The notes under the pieces are model-generated. The model was not told where the DNA came from. It saw only the letters and a program-made list of their open reading frames with translations, and did no database searches. The translations under genes and the position numbers were made by a program. From an uncultured Phycisphaerae bacterium (GTDB taxonomy: Bacteria; Planctomycetota; Phycisphaerae; SM23-33), in NCBI GenBank assembly GCA_963760365.1, contig CAVXDC010000007.1:82728-146727 (forward strand): a stretch of 64,000 nt of DNA. Direction: 5' to 3'. Positions 62,541-64,000 of this stretch are shown one piece after another. Position 1 is the stretch's first letter; every line of letters starts with the position of its first letter.

Positions 62541-63827
62541 TTACACGTCCCGCTCCGCCGACAGGAGGTCGTCGTAATTCTCGCGGCGGCGGATGATCCG
62601 CCAAGCATCGCCCTCTACGAGCACCTCAGCCGCCCGGGGTCGGGAGTTGTATTGGCTGGACATGACAAACCCATACGCCCCGGCTGAAAAAACAGCCATC
62701 AGGTCACCGCGGTCCAGGGGCGGCAGGACGCGGTCCTTGGCCAGAAAATCACTGTTCTCGCAAACTCCCCCGACGATGTCCACTTTCTGGCCGTTGGGGG
62801 CGGCGTAGTCGGGGCGGCGCTGCGGCGGTGGCAGGTGTGGGTCAAGACGGGCGGGGTAGATCAGGTGCTGGGCGTCGTACAAGACCGGACGGATCAGGTC
62901 CGTCATGGCCGCATCGACGACCACGAACCGTTTTTCCCCCGTTTCCTTGACGTACTGCACGGTCGTCAGCAGGATCCCGGCGTTGCAGGCGATGAAGCGA
63001 CCCGGTTCCAGGATAAACTTCAGATCCGTTCCGCGGAGCAGCGGGAGGATCGGCGCGGCGTACTCCGTCGCCGCGGGCGACCGGCCGCGCTCGTAGTCGG
63101 CCGCAAACCCCCCGCCGATGATCAGCAACCGCAAGTCAAAGCCGCGATCCCGGAGAATTTCGATCAGCGGCAGTGTTTTGGTCAGGGCCTCCACGTAGGG
63201 ATCGGCGGAGTAGATCGGCGAGCCGAGATGGAAGTGGATGCCCTCCAACCGCACGTGGGCATCGCGCCCGTAGCGGTTAAAGAACGCCTCAGCGGCCTCG
63301 ATGTCCACGCCGAATTTCGTCTCTTTCCTGCCGGTGGCGGTGTACCGATGCGTCCGGAGATCGTAGACGTCGGGGTTGATCCGCAGAGCGGCCGTCGGCT
63401 GCTTGCCCGCCGCGGCGGCCAGGCGCGAGAGATTCTCGAACTCCTGCGATGACTCCACGTTGAAGCAGCCGATGCCAAACTCCAAGGCCTCGGCGATCTC
63501 GCGATCGGTCTTGCCCACGCCGGCAAAGACCACCTTCGAGCCGTCCGCCCCGATCTCGCGCACGCGGGCCAGTTCCCCCCCGCTGACCACGTCAAAGCCG
63601 CTTCCAACCTCGGCCAGGAGCTTCAGGATGTGAATGTTCGACAGGCTCTTGACGGAAAAGCAGACTAAAGGCTCCAGCTCCCCGAACGCCTCGGAGATGG
63701 CCCGGTAGTGATGCCGCAGTGTCGCAGCCGAGTACACGTACACCGGCGTGCCGACGGCCTGAGCAATCTGGGCCACGGGCACCTGCTCGCAGAACAGCTC
63801 ACCATTGCGGTACTCGAAGTAATCCAT
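62541..63827 (-). CDS. lysA: Diaminopimelate decarboxylase
   Basis: From ATG 63827 the sequence reads MDYFEYRNGELFCEQVP..TPVYVYS..CFSVKSLSN..HFHLGS..GGGFA..EPGR. The ORF opens further upstream at TTG 63935. Confidence 0.9.
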   Translation of the reverse strand: MDYFEYRNGELFCEQVPVAQIAQAVGTPVYVYSAATLRHHYRAISEAFGELEPLVCFSVKSLSNIHILKLLAEVGSGFDVVSGGELARVREIGADGSKVVFAGVGKTDREIAEALEFGIGCFNVESSQEFENLSRLAAAAGKQPTAALRINPDVYDLRTHRYTATGRKETKFGVDIEAAEAFFNRYGRDAHVRLEGIHFHLGSPIYSADPYVEALTKTLPLIEILRDRGFDLRLLIIGGGFAADYERGRSPAATEYAAPILPLLRGTDLKFILEPGRFIACNAGILLTTVQYVKETGEKRFVVVDAAMTDLIRPVLYDAQHLIYPARLDPHLPPPQRRPDYAAPNGQKVDIVGGVCENSDFLAKDRVLPPLDRGDLMAVFSAGAYGFVMSSQYNSRPRAAEVLVEGDAWRIIRRRENYDDLLSAERDV

Positions 63828-64000
63828 GCGGTAACTCGTTCCCATGCAGTCATGCGGCCTTAGAGAACTCCAAGTTACCGATGCGGATATCGGCGGGCAA
63901 GTGTTTAGGAGATAGGTGTAACGCGAAATATCCAAGGCCCGGTGTCCGGTGCCTATCTTGGGGTCATCGACGAGGGGTGAATTTCTGGACCGCCTCGGCC

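Noticed and set aside
63828-64000. Possible lysine (L-box) riboswitch in the lysA leader.
   Set aside because: Only about 170 nt are visible before the window ends. I could not find the conserved L-box core elements, only a generic GATAGG/CCTATC hairpin.

Overview
This is a high-GC bacterial chromosome segment. By eye I found no rRNA, tRNA, CRISPR array, transposase or integrase. Gene content in order: (1) etfB-etfA plus a GlcD-type FAD dehydrogenase, then tyrS, class II aldolase, nnrE, trxA, rnpA-yidD, a PilZ protein and purD. (2) A 0.67-kb AT-richer spacer holding a candidate sRNA bounded by a promoter and a terminator. (3) A long minus-strand operon: hemC, cobA/hemD, two radical-SAM AhbC/AhbD/NirJ-like genes (one fused to AhbA/AhbB-like decarboxylase domains), an FNT channel and an AcsE-like methyltransferase. 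(4) A SAM-I riboswitch in front of a fused metX-metW, then larE. (5) kdsD, kdsC and a ~1090-aa LptC/LptA-like protein, then a CYTH protein and an MFS transporter. (6) An OprB porin, a binding protein, a PAS histidine kinase and two receiver proteins (HD-GYP and GGDEF). (7) A Wood-Ljungdahl carbonyl-branch locus: fhs and cooC divergent from cooS, cooF, NuoE-like, NuoF/HydB-like, an Fe-S protein, acsB, acsC, RACo, cooC2, acsD and acsE, followed by a Cys-rich protein, DUF3786, a stand-alone Pta N-domain protein and a thioesterase. (8) A leuC-like gene, a PEP-CTERM protein, nadE, cupin, a cyclophilin-like protein, a TIM-barrel protein and lysA. The most interesting candidate system is the CooF/NuoE/NuoF(HydB-type)/Fe-S module inserted between acsA and acsB, which could be an NAD(P)H-linked and possibly bifurcating CODH/ACS, together with the uncharacterised trio at the 3' end of the operon. 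One caveat runs through the whole window. My hand count gives about 55 single-nucleotide frame breaks in otherwise well-conserved genes. They are patchy: none between ~28.3 and 48.5 kb, but ~37 between 48.6 and 58.1 kb. Most sit at short G/C runs, so I read them as assembly indels rather than gene decay. I list affected genes as full-span 'pseudogene' features with that caveat. All functional calls rest on motif and family recognition by eye; no searches were run.
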